DNA of 32,028 nt from Spirogloea muscicola (lineage: Eukaryota), in NCBI GenBank assembly GCA_009602725.1, contig WELB01000027.1, positions 913,815 to 945,842 of the forward strand, given 5' to 3'. The notes below the pieces were generated by a model, which was given only the letters and a program-made list of their open reading frames with translations, did no database searches and was not told the origin of the DNA. Below are positions 14,963 to 32,028 of the stretch, piece after piece (within the stretch, counting starts at the first letter, position 1; every line of letters starts with the position of its first letter). The translations under genes and the position numbers were made by a program.

Positions 14963-15590
14963 TTAGCACCCACGGGTGAGCACAAACAAATCTGACAAGC
15001 TAACTTGGGGAGCTGGAGCGCCGCCACGAAAGCCGGAGGCCTGACTTAGAGCGCGCAAGAACGACAAATATGCAGCTGGCAAGCCCATTTCAGCCGGAAA
15101 CACATCTGCACGTCGTGTGTAGCCTAGATTGGCAATGTTTTGGAGGAGGGTGTGAAATCGAGGACCCAGACAGCCATAGATGTCGATTGCCGCTGGCAGG
15201 AGCTGGTCGCATCGAGGGTAGTCGGAGTAGTGCTGCATCTTCCTTTGTTCTGCACTGCCCACTGCGTGACCAGCGATGTGTGTTGACGCTGGACCTTTAT
15301 ACGCCTCAGTGACAACCACGTCGACCAGGGCCCGTGGTCCTCCACCACGTTGTACGCCCACAATGTCAAGTGTGCGGCGATGATGACGTCCCTGTGCGTC
15401 CGTGGTGATGGGCATGATGTTGTTGACTTCCACGACCGCACGGTAGCCGGCGTCGCGCATCAAGCCCGCGAGGGCATTGCGAAGGAGGTTGTGGATGCCC
15501 ACCACTTCTGGTCCAGTGGAACATCTCAGCATGTGAGTGGCGAGCTCAGCACCCTCTGCACGGAAGCCACACTCGCACTGGCGAAGAAAT
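14963..15590 (-). mobile_element. 5'-truncated CRE-like non-LTR retrotransposon fragment (CCHC zinc knuckle + restriction-like endonuclease C-terminus)
   Basis: Translation CECG..ATHMLRC (CCHC), IHNLLRNAL (RHN-like), E, RRTLDIV (PD-like), LVDVVV, AEQRKMQHY (K..KY-like), PAAIDIYGCLG, ending SLSDLFVLTRGC*. This is the motif order of RLE-clade (CRE/SLACS-like) elements. No RT is present. Confidence 0.8.
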
Positions 15591-15665
15591 TGCTCGCCCA
15601 TAGAAGAAAGAATGAAGGGGCTCGCCCATTGAGGATATGGGCTGGAACAGCCAGCCCATATCCTC
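15591..15665 (-). mobile_element. Two stacked extreme 3' ends of CRE-like elements, one with a perfect 15-bp fold-back
   Basis: ATGGGCGAGC terminus twice on the minus strand. GAGGATATGGGCTGG (15631-15645) / CCAGCCCATATCCTC (15651-15665) is a perfect inverted repeat. The sequence nearly matches the 3' end at 16605-16642. Confidence 0.7.
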
Positions 15666-15881
15666 GTCAGGGTGATAGCTTCCCGGCCGCTAGTCTGTCG
15701 GATCTGAGGCTCCTCACTCGTACTTATTGAGTGATCCATCCTCCCCCTGTTTTACCATTGCATCCTCAGGCCCCTTCGTAGCTGCTCACCGCTCTTAGGC
15801 CCCTCTGAACCTTTGTGAATTCTTTTTGGGCTGGCTTTTCGCAGCCCTTGCCCCCATTGGGAGTGCCACTTCTTTCTTTCT
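15666..15881 (+). mobile_element. Two short CRE-like 3' fragments (ORF tail QGDSFPAASLSDLRLLTRTY*; then a 3' end matching the element at 16667-17100)
   Basis: 15666-15730 encodes the shared SxSDLxLLTRxY* tail. 15761-15873 is a close reverse-complement match to 16667-16781 and ends in a TTCT-repeat tail. Confidence 0.7.
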
Positions 15882-16060
15882 AAGAAAAAGAACACAGTTC
15901 AAGAAGGGGGCTAAGCGAAGCACTTAGGTGCGCTGGCTGTGAAGAAACAGGAACAGCCAGCCGAATCGACTTGACAAGGTCCGAAGAATGTGCTCGCCCA
16001 TAGAAAGACGAGAAAGCGGCTGCTGATATTAAAGAATCGGCTGTGAAAAGCCAGCCAGAT
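15882..16060 (-). mobile_element. CRE-like 3'-UTR fragment(s)
   Basis: The minus strand has GGCTGGCTTTTCACAGCC...CTATGGGCGAGCACATT, similar to 17660-17727 (+), followed by a second GGCTGGCTG...CAGCCAGC hairpin. Confidence 0.55.
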
Positions 16061-16104
16061 GCATACAGGTGTTCATGACGGAGCCACAGGCTAGGCAGAC
16101 AGGC

Positions 16105-16655
16105 CGCTCGACCCCTCCCACCCAGCCCAGTCTGCCACCAAGGCTGGGTATGCGGTCGCCTGCGCCGCTCGGGCAAAAGAGATCAAGTACGCCGACCATC
16201 CGCCGGAAGACGAGTTCTTCCCGTTGGCAATTGACATCCATGGGCACTGGGCGCTCGGTGGCTTGAGCTACTTAACCAGCTCGCCCGCCACGCAATCGCC
16301 CGTCGCTTCCATGGTGAACCGGTAGACTTTCCGGCAGCCGGGTCGCTGGCGCAAGTTTATCGCATGCGCTTGGCCGTCTCGCTGCAGAGGTCCATGGCCC
16401 GTGCGCTGCACCTTCGTGCCGGAAGAGCCCTAGCTGCTGCCTCTGGCTCTGTCCAGGGGACCCACTTCCAGGACCCTAGCATCTCTGATCTGCGGCTGCT
16501 CAGCAGGAATTACTGAGTCATTCGTAATTGCTTTGTTTCTTCTTGTGCTTGTTTTTCTTAGCGCTTCCCCTGGCTCCCTTCTCGTACTTTGTCCATTCTT
16601 TTTTGGGCTGGCTGTTCCAGCCCCTATCCTCAATGGGCGAGCTCTTTCTCTTAGT
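16105..16655 (+). mobile_element. 5'-truncated CRE-like element: RLE C-terminus with 1-nt frameshift, 3' UTR and terminal structure
   Basis: AGYAVACAARAKEIKYADHPPEDEFFPLAIDIHG [frameshift ~16243] ALGARWLELLNQLA...YRMRLAVSLQRSMARALHLRAGRALAAASG...SISDLRLLSRNY* (stop 16514-16516). Then GTCCATTCTTTTTT-GGGCTGG-ctgtt-CCAGCCC...ATGGGCGAGC (16591-16642). Confidence 0.8.
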
Positions 16656-16666
16656 ACCCCCGTGTC

Positions 16667-17100
16667 AGAAGAAGTGGTACTCCCAATGGGGGCAAGGGCT
16701 GCGAAAAGCCAGCCCAAAAGAATTGACAAAGGTTCGAAGGGGCCTAAGAGCGTTGAGCAGCTACAAAGGGGCCTGAGGATGACCGTGTCAGCAGTAGGAA
16801 GTCAGATGAGCTGAGGGGAGGAAGAGCAACCCCGCTGCGCAAGCCAGAGGCTGCTGCAAGGGCGCGACCAGCGCGGCGGTGCAAAGCAAGCGCTTGGGAG
16901 CGCTGCAGGGAAATAGACAATCGCATACGGTAGCAGGACACAAGACCCAAAGGCACTGAGCCACCGGGAAGGGCTGCACCCTGTTCCCGGCGCCGCTGAT
17001 CAGCTTGAGATGCCAGCAGCGTAAGCAACGAGTACCACCGACCCCCGTAACACCCATGGAAGTCCATGGCCAGGGGGTAGAAGGTATCACCCGCCGGGTG
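16667..17100 (-). mobile_element. 5'-truncated CRE-like element (different subfamily), tail-to-tail with the previous one
   Basis: HPAGDTFYPLAMDFHGCYGGRWYSLL...YRMRLSISLQRSQALALHRRAGRALAAASG...SSSDFLLLTRS...* (stop 16744-16746), then GTCAATTCTTTT-GGGCTG..CAGCCC..ATTGGGAG and a TTCTTCT tail. Confidence 0.8.
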
Positions 17101-17303
17101 AAAAGAGAATAGAGGGGCTGGCAGAAGCCAGCCAAAAAAGAATGGACTAAAACCAAAGAGCCACAACAGGTGCCAAAAAGAAGGGAAACACACAGCTAGG
17201 CATCTAGACAACTAGACACGACGGGACCACAGGAAGCTCAGCACCTGCGGGTGAGCAACATCAGGTCAGAGTAGCTCGAAGCTGGAAAAGATGCAGGCAG
17301 GCG
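17101..17303 (-). mobile_element. Short CRE-like 3' fragment fused head-to-tail to the next element
   Basis: PASFPASSYSDLMLLTRRC* (stop 17238-17240), 3' UTR, then GTCCATTCTTTTTT-GGCTGGC-ttct-GCCAGCC. The coding tail is nearly identical to that at 31963-32028. Confidence 0.75.
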
Positions 17304-17344
17304 TGACCCAAAGGGCCCCGAACAGCGCCGAAAGACAATACCTT

Positions 17345-17728
17345 ATCAGGGTGCCTCTCTTTGGCCTCTGCCCCTAGCTCACGCAGTCCACTTGCGAGCA
17401 GGCCTCGCTATGGGCAAGCCGTCGTATGGCTGCTGCATCAAGAAGAAAGGGCGCGGCCTGCTCGCATCTGGGCATCTGGGTCTAGCGGGGTGCCTCTTTC
17501 CCAGCTGCTAGTTACTCTGACTTGCTGCTGCTCACTCGTGGTTACAAGCTTCCAAGCTTACAAGCTTCTCTCTTTTCTCTCGCAGCCATTGCCTACACCG
17601 GAAGAGCTCTTCTTTTGTTTCCGTTTACAGCCGCTCTTTCTTTTGGGAGAGCCCCTTTCTTTACAGCCGCTCTTTGAACATCAGCAGCAGCTCCGCCTTT
17701 GTGGCCAAGTTCGAAGGCGAGCACATTG
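17345..17728 (+). mobile_element. Degraded CRE-like 3' fragments
   Basis: CTATGGGCAAGCC terminus at ~17408-17420; coding tail GASFPAASYSDLLLLTRGY at ~17489-17545; 16-bp direct repeat TTTACAGCCGCTCTTT (17624-17639, 17660-17675); GGCGAGCACATT at 17716-17727. Confidence 0.6.
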
Positions 17729-17989
17729 ACAAATGCACATCACCTGCTGCTGCTACTGTAAGCTGACCCGCTCAGTCCCGACCCGACCACGAGTCAGCAC
17801 ATATGGTCGCCGATTGATTCCCGAGTACTGGACGGCAATGTGAGGGAGAGAGAGCAGCTTCTGCTCATCGCCATCGCCGAGCCCCGCTGTGGTGCCTCTC
17901 GTGTTGGGTCAGCCGCCACGGCCTCCGCCTCCACCGGCGCCTCGTCCTCCCCGCCTCCGCCGCGCCCCGCCAGCAGCCGCCTCCCGGCC

Positions 17990-20022
<2,033 letters not shown>

Positions 20023-20519
20023 TTCACGACTGCCACACTAGTAGTGTTCATACTTCTGCAACAATGTGCTGTAGCAACATATTCTCTTAGAATTTCTGGA
20101 TGTATCATAGAGCAAGGTCTTGAAATGAGTGATCAAATCACTCCCTCATCGCTTCTTCGTCATACAAAGCATAGCCACCATGGTTCCAATCTCACATTAA
20201 CATTGGTCAAGCATGAATGTCTTACTACATGGTACAAAGGAGCCAGTAGAAGTACTAAAAAACAAAATGGTTAAAGGTTGCCATGTGCGCAAGACATGCA
20301 TCTGCGCTGCCATGTTTTCCTGAGAAGCTTCATTGGTCATATGATGCAAGAGTCGTGCAGAATATTTCAACTGCAGTCAGGAGAGGTGGCATTCCGGATG
20401 GTCCTAAAAGTGGAGACCAGCAAGGCAATCAGGCGGGCAGGATCAGTTATAGCATCTAAGAATTGTCTTTTTCCCAGCATGTAGGAAAGTTCAGGTGATA
20501 AAGCAGCTGCACTATGCAG

Positions 20520-26224
<5,705 letters not shown>

Positions 26225-26814
26225 CATCTTCTACTGGAGCACAATTGATGCAGTACTTTTCCTGCCTGCAGCTACACCGTGCCTCTTGAGAAGGCAAGGA
26301 AGTTGTCCAACGATCAGCTTACTGCTTCAGGCTTCTAGTGGCTCTCTTGCAATGCTCCAAAGTTCACATGCTGCACGCTCTTCGCTTTGGCGAGCATACC
26401 AGTGTGAAGTTCCAATCTTTACTCGCCAACCTGCTGGGGCTATTTGGTGTACAACCCTCATACCCCATGGTTTTGTCCCACACAGCCACTGTGGAGTGCG
26501 ACGTTGGGAGGAACCTTTCCATGCCACTGCCGGAGCCACACACAAGGGTGAGCCACACACAACTGAAGGCTCAGAAGAAATTGTTTACTTGGTGGAAGCA
26601 GCACATTTTTCCTATGCTGACTATGCAATGGCCTAAGAACTTGAAAATTGGCGCTTTCTGTGATCTTATTGGGAAATGTGTTCAGACACCCTTCGCTCCT
26701 AGTTGTGGAGAGGTGAGGCTTTGCAATCTCCCTGCAGAGGTCCCATGCACAATAAAGTCTGAAACTCTTGTCAAAGTCATGCAGGATGTTGAATGCACAG
26801 TCAACACGAAGACC

Positions 26815-29800
26815 TTATAGAAACTCATTGAAATTTAGCAGTGATTGAAGGTCATCAGGCACCATCCTGCTTTCCACAAGGCTTTTCATGTCACTGAAAA
26901 GTGCTTGTTTCAACTCATCAGCTTCGATTAGGAAATGTCTGCTGTCAGCCTCTAAGTCATCACTGCGCCTCATTGCTGTCACAAGGCGCCGCAGTTTAGG
27001 CACTTGACCGAGAACAGCATCCAGGAGCTTCCTTGTCGCACTCAGATGTAGTGACAGCAGACAATGACCCACACAGGCCAGCAAGTACCTGTTGTGCCTG
27101 TCTATACACTCACAAATGTCAACAATCTGCACATGACAGTAACAGCAAGTCAGGTCCAGCCTGTGCGCCAGCAGAGTAGGAGGAACTACCATGGCATACA
27201 TGCACTCTGTGGCACCGATTGTGGACTCACTGTTCCAGACAGATATTCATTGAGATTTCGCCACTCCTTTTCGAGCAGCTGCCTCTGCATCCAGTGCAGG
27301 ACTGTTCGAACGACGTGCGCCAGCATGTGCCTGCATGACCAAGCATGTCAGCATGCTGGTGCTGCAATGCAATGTGAGAAGTTGCTCAGAAGCTCTGACT
27401 TACAGCATGCAGCTCACCTGAGGAGATGAAGAATTGGCTGTCGCATGGGATGCTGCGGGCTCTTCGGGCTAAGATCTGAGAGCTCCGGTGACTGGCGGAA
27501 GTACTGCCATGACAATGGCAAGAGCGTCAGCAAAGGCGGGTTCAAATCCAAACTTTTATACAGCTTCCATTTCACCTTTTCATTGGGATACAGCGAGCTC
27601 TTCAGGCTGCATCTAAGAGCTCTGGTGACTGGCTGAATTACAACCAGGAAGAAGCCAAATGCGCGAGAATCAGCGGGTTTGAATTTAACAACTTGTCTGC
27701 AAGTAATTTGTAGCATTTTGTGGACGGGCAAGGACAAAGAATATAGAGCTAGCCCTCCCTTGAAGGGTACTCACATGCAGTACCTCCCAGACATGGTGTA
27801 GGGAGTGGCATGCAGCTTTCAGATTGAGCAGCACACTGAAGATCTCCTGGTACTGCATCAAGGCTGTGCCGTGCAGGACCAGACTCAGGGGCCACTCCAC
27901 ATTGTAGTGAAGTTGCACAAACGAAACACCGTCGTCCTGCTGTTTCTCGTCCACCCGGACTTGTAGCCACTGGTTTAGTGGATCCCAGCGTCCGCTGGTG
28001 CTAGTCAGGCTTTCACCCAGAGCGTCGGCAACTCTTGCACATGTAGCTTTGCCTTCCCAGCTCTGCAGCCAGGCAGCAGTCCACACTCGAGCGTCAGCTG
28101 CTTTTGTAAACCGGGTGCTCTGTGGCACAATGAACAGGACAATGCCACAGAGTCACGAGATTGTCAAATGCCCGTACCAGTCGGCAAACGGAAGCACTGA
28201 AGTGGTCAGCCCAATCACCAGCACCCAGAAAGAAGAACCGCCTCAGAGTCATCAAGTGGCGAGACAAGGAGAGATCTTCCAAGAACAGGGCAACACAGCG
28301 CTGGCTAATCACGTGGTATCGGCTCAATATCTCGCGGATAATACCCTTCTCAAGGGCAACATCCAGTGGCGTATGGCTGCTGCCTGTCGGTTCATCACTG
28401 TCATTGTCCATGGGCTTCGAACGCAAATGGCATCCCTGAAAGAGAGGGGTTGCACTCAAGGACGAATGCAGAAGAGGATCGGCCCACAGCACCCCTTGCA
28501 TATGCATTGACTGCCGTGTCTCTGTTGAGGGGTCATATGTTCGTGAACTCGTACTGAGTGTGGTTTGACTTGCTTTGCCAAGAGCACCTTCTGACAGGTC
28601 CTCCACACAGTCCTGCCTTGAAGGCTCAGCTTCCTCCCTGATCTCTCCTGTCTGATCCTCAACTGTCCCAGCTGCAAGCTCAGGTACGTCCGTTTGCCCA
28701 CACACGTTGTTCGCATGCCCTGAATGAGGGCCAGCTAGCTTGTCTGCATGAGAAAGTTGCAGGCCACCCAAACATCCAAACAGCACCTGCAGCTGCTGGG
28801 CAGTCCTCAGAAGAGGGCCCTCCAATTCTTGAAGAAAGCAGGGCAATTGCAAGTCCTGAGCCTCCTGAAATTGCGACAGGTCAATTTGTTGTGAATGAGC
28901 TACAGTGTCATGTAATACTGCTCCTTGCACCATGACTGTGGACACGTTTCCAGCTTCTGACTCGGAGCGGAGGAGGTCAGCTTAGGTGCAATAACAAGAG
29001 GACGAGCCAGACCTACAGCATTGACTGATCGAAGATCTCACCATGAGACCCACTTTAGAATCTCCAACAGGTGCATGGTGAATGGATGAGCGGAGGTATT
29101 CGAAGTAGGGGTCACATGCTCTCCAGAAAAGCACATGCAGGAGACTACTGTGCACAGGATCACTGACCTGAGGAATGACAACCACACGCTATCAGATACG
29201 TCTGTACAAGGTCAGCAGGTGCTGAGCATGGCAAAGCCTTGTCAATGCACGGGGATAGTAGCTGAAGCTCGCCTTGTAGAGCCTATAGAGGTAAGTCAGC
29301 AACTCAGCGCCATGAGGGAAGCCTTTCCATGTGTCGTTCACTGCAGATGCTCTGCTTGGGTCTATAGAGTGACATCCATCACATGACGCTGCCAACAACT
29401 TGTCGCCGTCCTTTTGTCCCCGGACACTCTTCTCCCAAGTCTGCCCGCAGAAGCAGATGGATGCTAGTGCCCCCAATCGGGCTCGCAGCTCACCTGTCTG
29501 ATGAAAGACACCAAGCAGTGTTGTGTCTTTGTGGATCCAAGCGAATCTAGCATGGCAGGGAATCTGGCAAGCAATGCATGCTCTCCTGCCTATGGTGGCT
29601 GATGGGGACAGCCTCACAACATCTTGCAGCATGGCCCTTGTGTGTTGACGAGCATCAGCATAAGCAGTGTCCGCAGAGTCCTGTGCAGGCTGTGCAGATT
29701 GCTCCCTCTCAACGGCCTCAAATGTCATGTTCAGCTCCCACATGTATGTCTGCATCAGGTACTCCACGGCAGATGCAAAGGCCTGGTTGACGAGCTCACA

Positions 29801-31537
29801 TGGTCTGCTAAGGACCTTGGATTCATCTTCTGAGTCTCGGTCTAGTCCAGTTTCTGATCCTCCATCGAGCTGGCACTGCTCTTGATCAGGAGGCTGCCTG
29901 CGGCTCTCCAGCATCTTGTGATCCTGGACCTTCTTGAAATGGTACACAAAGCTTTGCAGCTCCTTACAGAGATACGCTGCATGGGACAGGATGGTGAGGA
30001 AGCTGGAGATGCTGCCTGCACTGGTCCCACTCAGCCGAATGCCAGGTGCATCATTTTGTGTGGAGCACTTTCCTCCCAAATGTGATAGGGCTTCGTTTGC
30101 AAGTCCAGTCCAGTCAAGCCAGAGTGGATATCGTCCACCAAATGGGCCTCCTAGATTTATTGGTAGTCAAAGAAACAGTTAGCAAAGGCGATGGCATCCT
30201 GGACTGCTACTACTCGCAGCACCTGGAAAAGACTGCATTGAACAGCAAGGACCCACTGCAGGAGTTGCACAACTCAATGCACAGAGTGCAGCAAACATGC
30301 AGGCTAGAGCCTTCACACGACAAGCTCTAGATAGAGTTCCACAACGGAAAACTGAAAGTTTCTCACTTGCAGGATTCGAGGAGGTGCCTCAAAAGGCTTC
30401 TGTATATACCGACGGTACGCAGCATCAAAATTTTCAGCACCACCTTCAGCAAGAAATGATCCACTGTCTTGAGCAGAAGCTTGTAGAAGATTTTCATCTA
30501 ATGTTTGTGCCATGAGCCTTGTAGTTGTTCTGCTTCTGCGTGTAACTGTAGGCTGCTGTGAGAAATTGCTATCAGGGACGTCCCTCAGGCATCAGTCATT
30601 CTGTCTAGTTGATGACATTGTGCAGTATATCACTACGAGGGCGTTGAAGCAGTGGTACCTCGTACTGTCAAAGTCTTCCCATGCGTGCAGCTTGCTGATG
30701 GGACGAGCCAGTGGTTGGTCCGCAACAAAATCCAAGCTTGACACGCCGGGGCTTGTGCAGCTGTCCTTTACACCGGTGTCTGTACCACCGCTGCCCGCCT
30801 CTACAGTCGAACCTGGTGAGAGCATCGCAAGACAATGTATGCAGGGAGCAGCAGGGGAATCAGCCACGCGAGCAGGTCCTGAGGAGGGGCGCCGGCGCAG
30901 CAGGAGGGGGGCTGTCTCCGGTGGTCACCAGGACCTGCTAAGCCATTTGCCTTTTCAAGGACTGGGCCACGATCGAGAACTAGCAGTCCTGCTCTCCAAT
31001 TGGATGAGGAAGAGCGGCAGCAGATCTGTGGGGCACGACAAGTGTCTCCAGTGGTTGTTGCAAGTATGTGCCTGTGACTTTGCTGTCTGAGGCTTATGCT
31101 AGAGCCTAGTACACAAGCCATCGAGGTATCACTTCAGCATGCGACAGTCTGGGACTCAAACATTGAGCAGACGCCTCAGCAGCAGGCGCGTCGGCAGTCT
31201 GAGCTCACCGAGAGTGACTCCAGAAGACTGTGGCATGCAGTACAGAGCCTGCGCCGGAGGTAAGTGCAGGAGCTCGCCAGGGCTCGCTGCCTGCGCGGAG
31301 TCTGCAGGCGGAGGCACGCGGCGGAATGCCACGAGGAGCAGAGTCAGAAGCGGGCAGGGGCCGCGTGCTGCCGGCGAGAAGCAGCAGGCGAGGGATGGAG
31401 GCCGGGGCGGCCATGGCGTCGAGGGGGGCACGCGGGAGCTCGCCAGGCGGGCCGCGGTGGAGGCTGGCGGAGAAGGCGCGGAGCGGCGAGGGGGGCCCGC
31501 GGGCGAGCGGCGGGGGCGGCCCTGGGGGGTCGGCCAT
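26815..31537 (-). CDS. GCP6: Gamma-tubulin complex component 6 (Spc97/98 family); apparent frameshift at ~30106-30115, possibly a pseudogenising copy
   Basis: PLDVALEKGIIREILSRYHVISQRCVALFLEDLSLSRHLMTLRRFFFLGAGDWADHF and LHYNVEWPLSLVL..MQYQEIFSVLLNLK are GCP6-type GRIP2 motifs; GRIP1 start FLAEGG..FD..ILQ|EAHLVDDIHSGLTG; C-terminus LLNFNEFL*. The ATG at 31537 and the N-terminal exon boundaries are tentative. Confidence 0.85.
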
Positions 31538-31825
31538 GGGCGCGGCGCCGCGAGAAGGCGACGGTTTGCAGGCCTCGGCTCCCGCCCAAACCCGCCTCGG
31601 GCTCGTCAGGCCTCCTTTTTTACTGTACTTCACCGCTGACGAGGGAACGATTTCGTGTATATGAAGCAAACGAAGGCCAAGGCCAAGTACAAAGGCAAGC
31701 ACATCTAAAGACCTACATAATCTACAGCAAAGTGACCCGCTCAGTAACCACGGGTCAAAACATAAAGGTCGCTAATCGATGCCTGAATACTATATGTCAG
31801 ATACGAAGCCCTTCTGCCACCAACT

Positions 31826-32028
31826 AGAAGAAGGCTTGCCCATAGAGAAAGAGGGGCTGGCAAAGCCAGCCCAAAAAGAATGGACAATGTCCAAAGCCGA
31901 AGAATGAGAAGCCGAGGAAGGACTCCTCTACTCTACCAATCACGACAACATACTAGGGAAGCTCAGTACCCGCGAGTGAGCAACATCAGGTCCGAGTAGC
32001 TCGAGGCAGGGAAGGAGGCACTCCGCCG
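31826..32028 (-). mobile_element. 3' end of a CRE-like retrotransposon (continues beyond window)
   Basis: RRSASFPASSYSDLMLLTRGY* (stop 31963-31965), about 90-nt UTR, then TTGTCCATTCTTTTT-GGGCTGGC-ttt-GCCAGCCC-CTCTTTCTCT-ATGGGCAAGCC-TTCTTCT. Confidence 0.8.

Noticed and set aside
15761..16781. About 115-bp inverted repeat (15761-15873 / 16667-16781) as TIRs of a DNA transposon or MITE
   Set aside because: The right arm is continuous with the RLE ORF tail and 3' UTR of the 16667-17100 element, so both arms are 3' ends of one retroelement family in opposite orientation. No flanking TSD or transposase was seen.
16735..16785. Possible hammerhead ribozyme (CTGAGGA matches CUGANGA)
   Set aside because: No correctly placed GAAA core or stems I-III could be drawn, and it lies antisense to the element's coding tail.
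26225..26814. SECIS element after the SELENOF-like gene, and the 160-aa ORF 26338-26820
   Set aside because: The gene has no in-frame TGA and I saw no AUGA..AA..GA kink-turn stem. The ORF has no recognisable motif and lies in convergent 3' UTR space.
31854..31878. GC hairpin plus T-run as a bacterial intrinsic terminator
   Set aside because: The context is eukaryotic, the T-run precedes rather than follows the hairpin in element sense, and it is part of the retroelement 3' motif.

Overview
This is eukaryotic genomic DNA from the green-plant lineage. Short GT-AG introns, high gene density and GC-rich first exons suggest a streptophyte alga or non-seed plant, but the species cannot be fixed from sequence. 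Eight spliced genes lie in strictly alternating orientation: a PUT/LAT polyamine transporter (+, 5' end outside the window), an ALT/MKS2-type hotdog thioesterase (-), OHP2 (+), starch synthase III (-), an SKIP16-like F-box/SMI1/ApaG gene (+), a GH20 beta-hexosaminidase (-), a Sec-less SELENOF/Sep15 homolog (+) and gamma-tubulin complex component GCP6 (-). Three N gaps padded with artefactual poly-A sit at GC-rich gene 5' ends. The most unusual region is 14.96-17.73 kb, between the divergent SS3 and SKIP16 genes. It is a pile-up of about ten heavily 5'-truncated 3' ends of several diverged CRE-like (CCHC + restriction-like endonuclease) non-LTR retrotransposon families, in both orientations. 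Most share a 3'-UTR RNA structure (outer stem, pyrimidine internal loop, GGGCUGG hairpin), and one junction shows a perfect snap-back. Another member starts about 290 bp upstream of GCP6. GCP6 carries an apparent 5-bp duplication frameshift and a degenerate duplicated exon. All family assignments come from motif recognition, not database searches.
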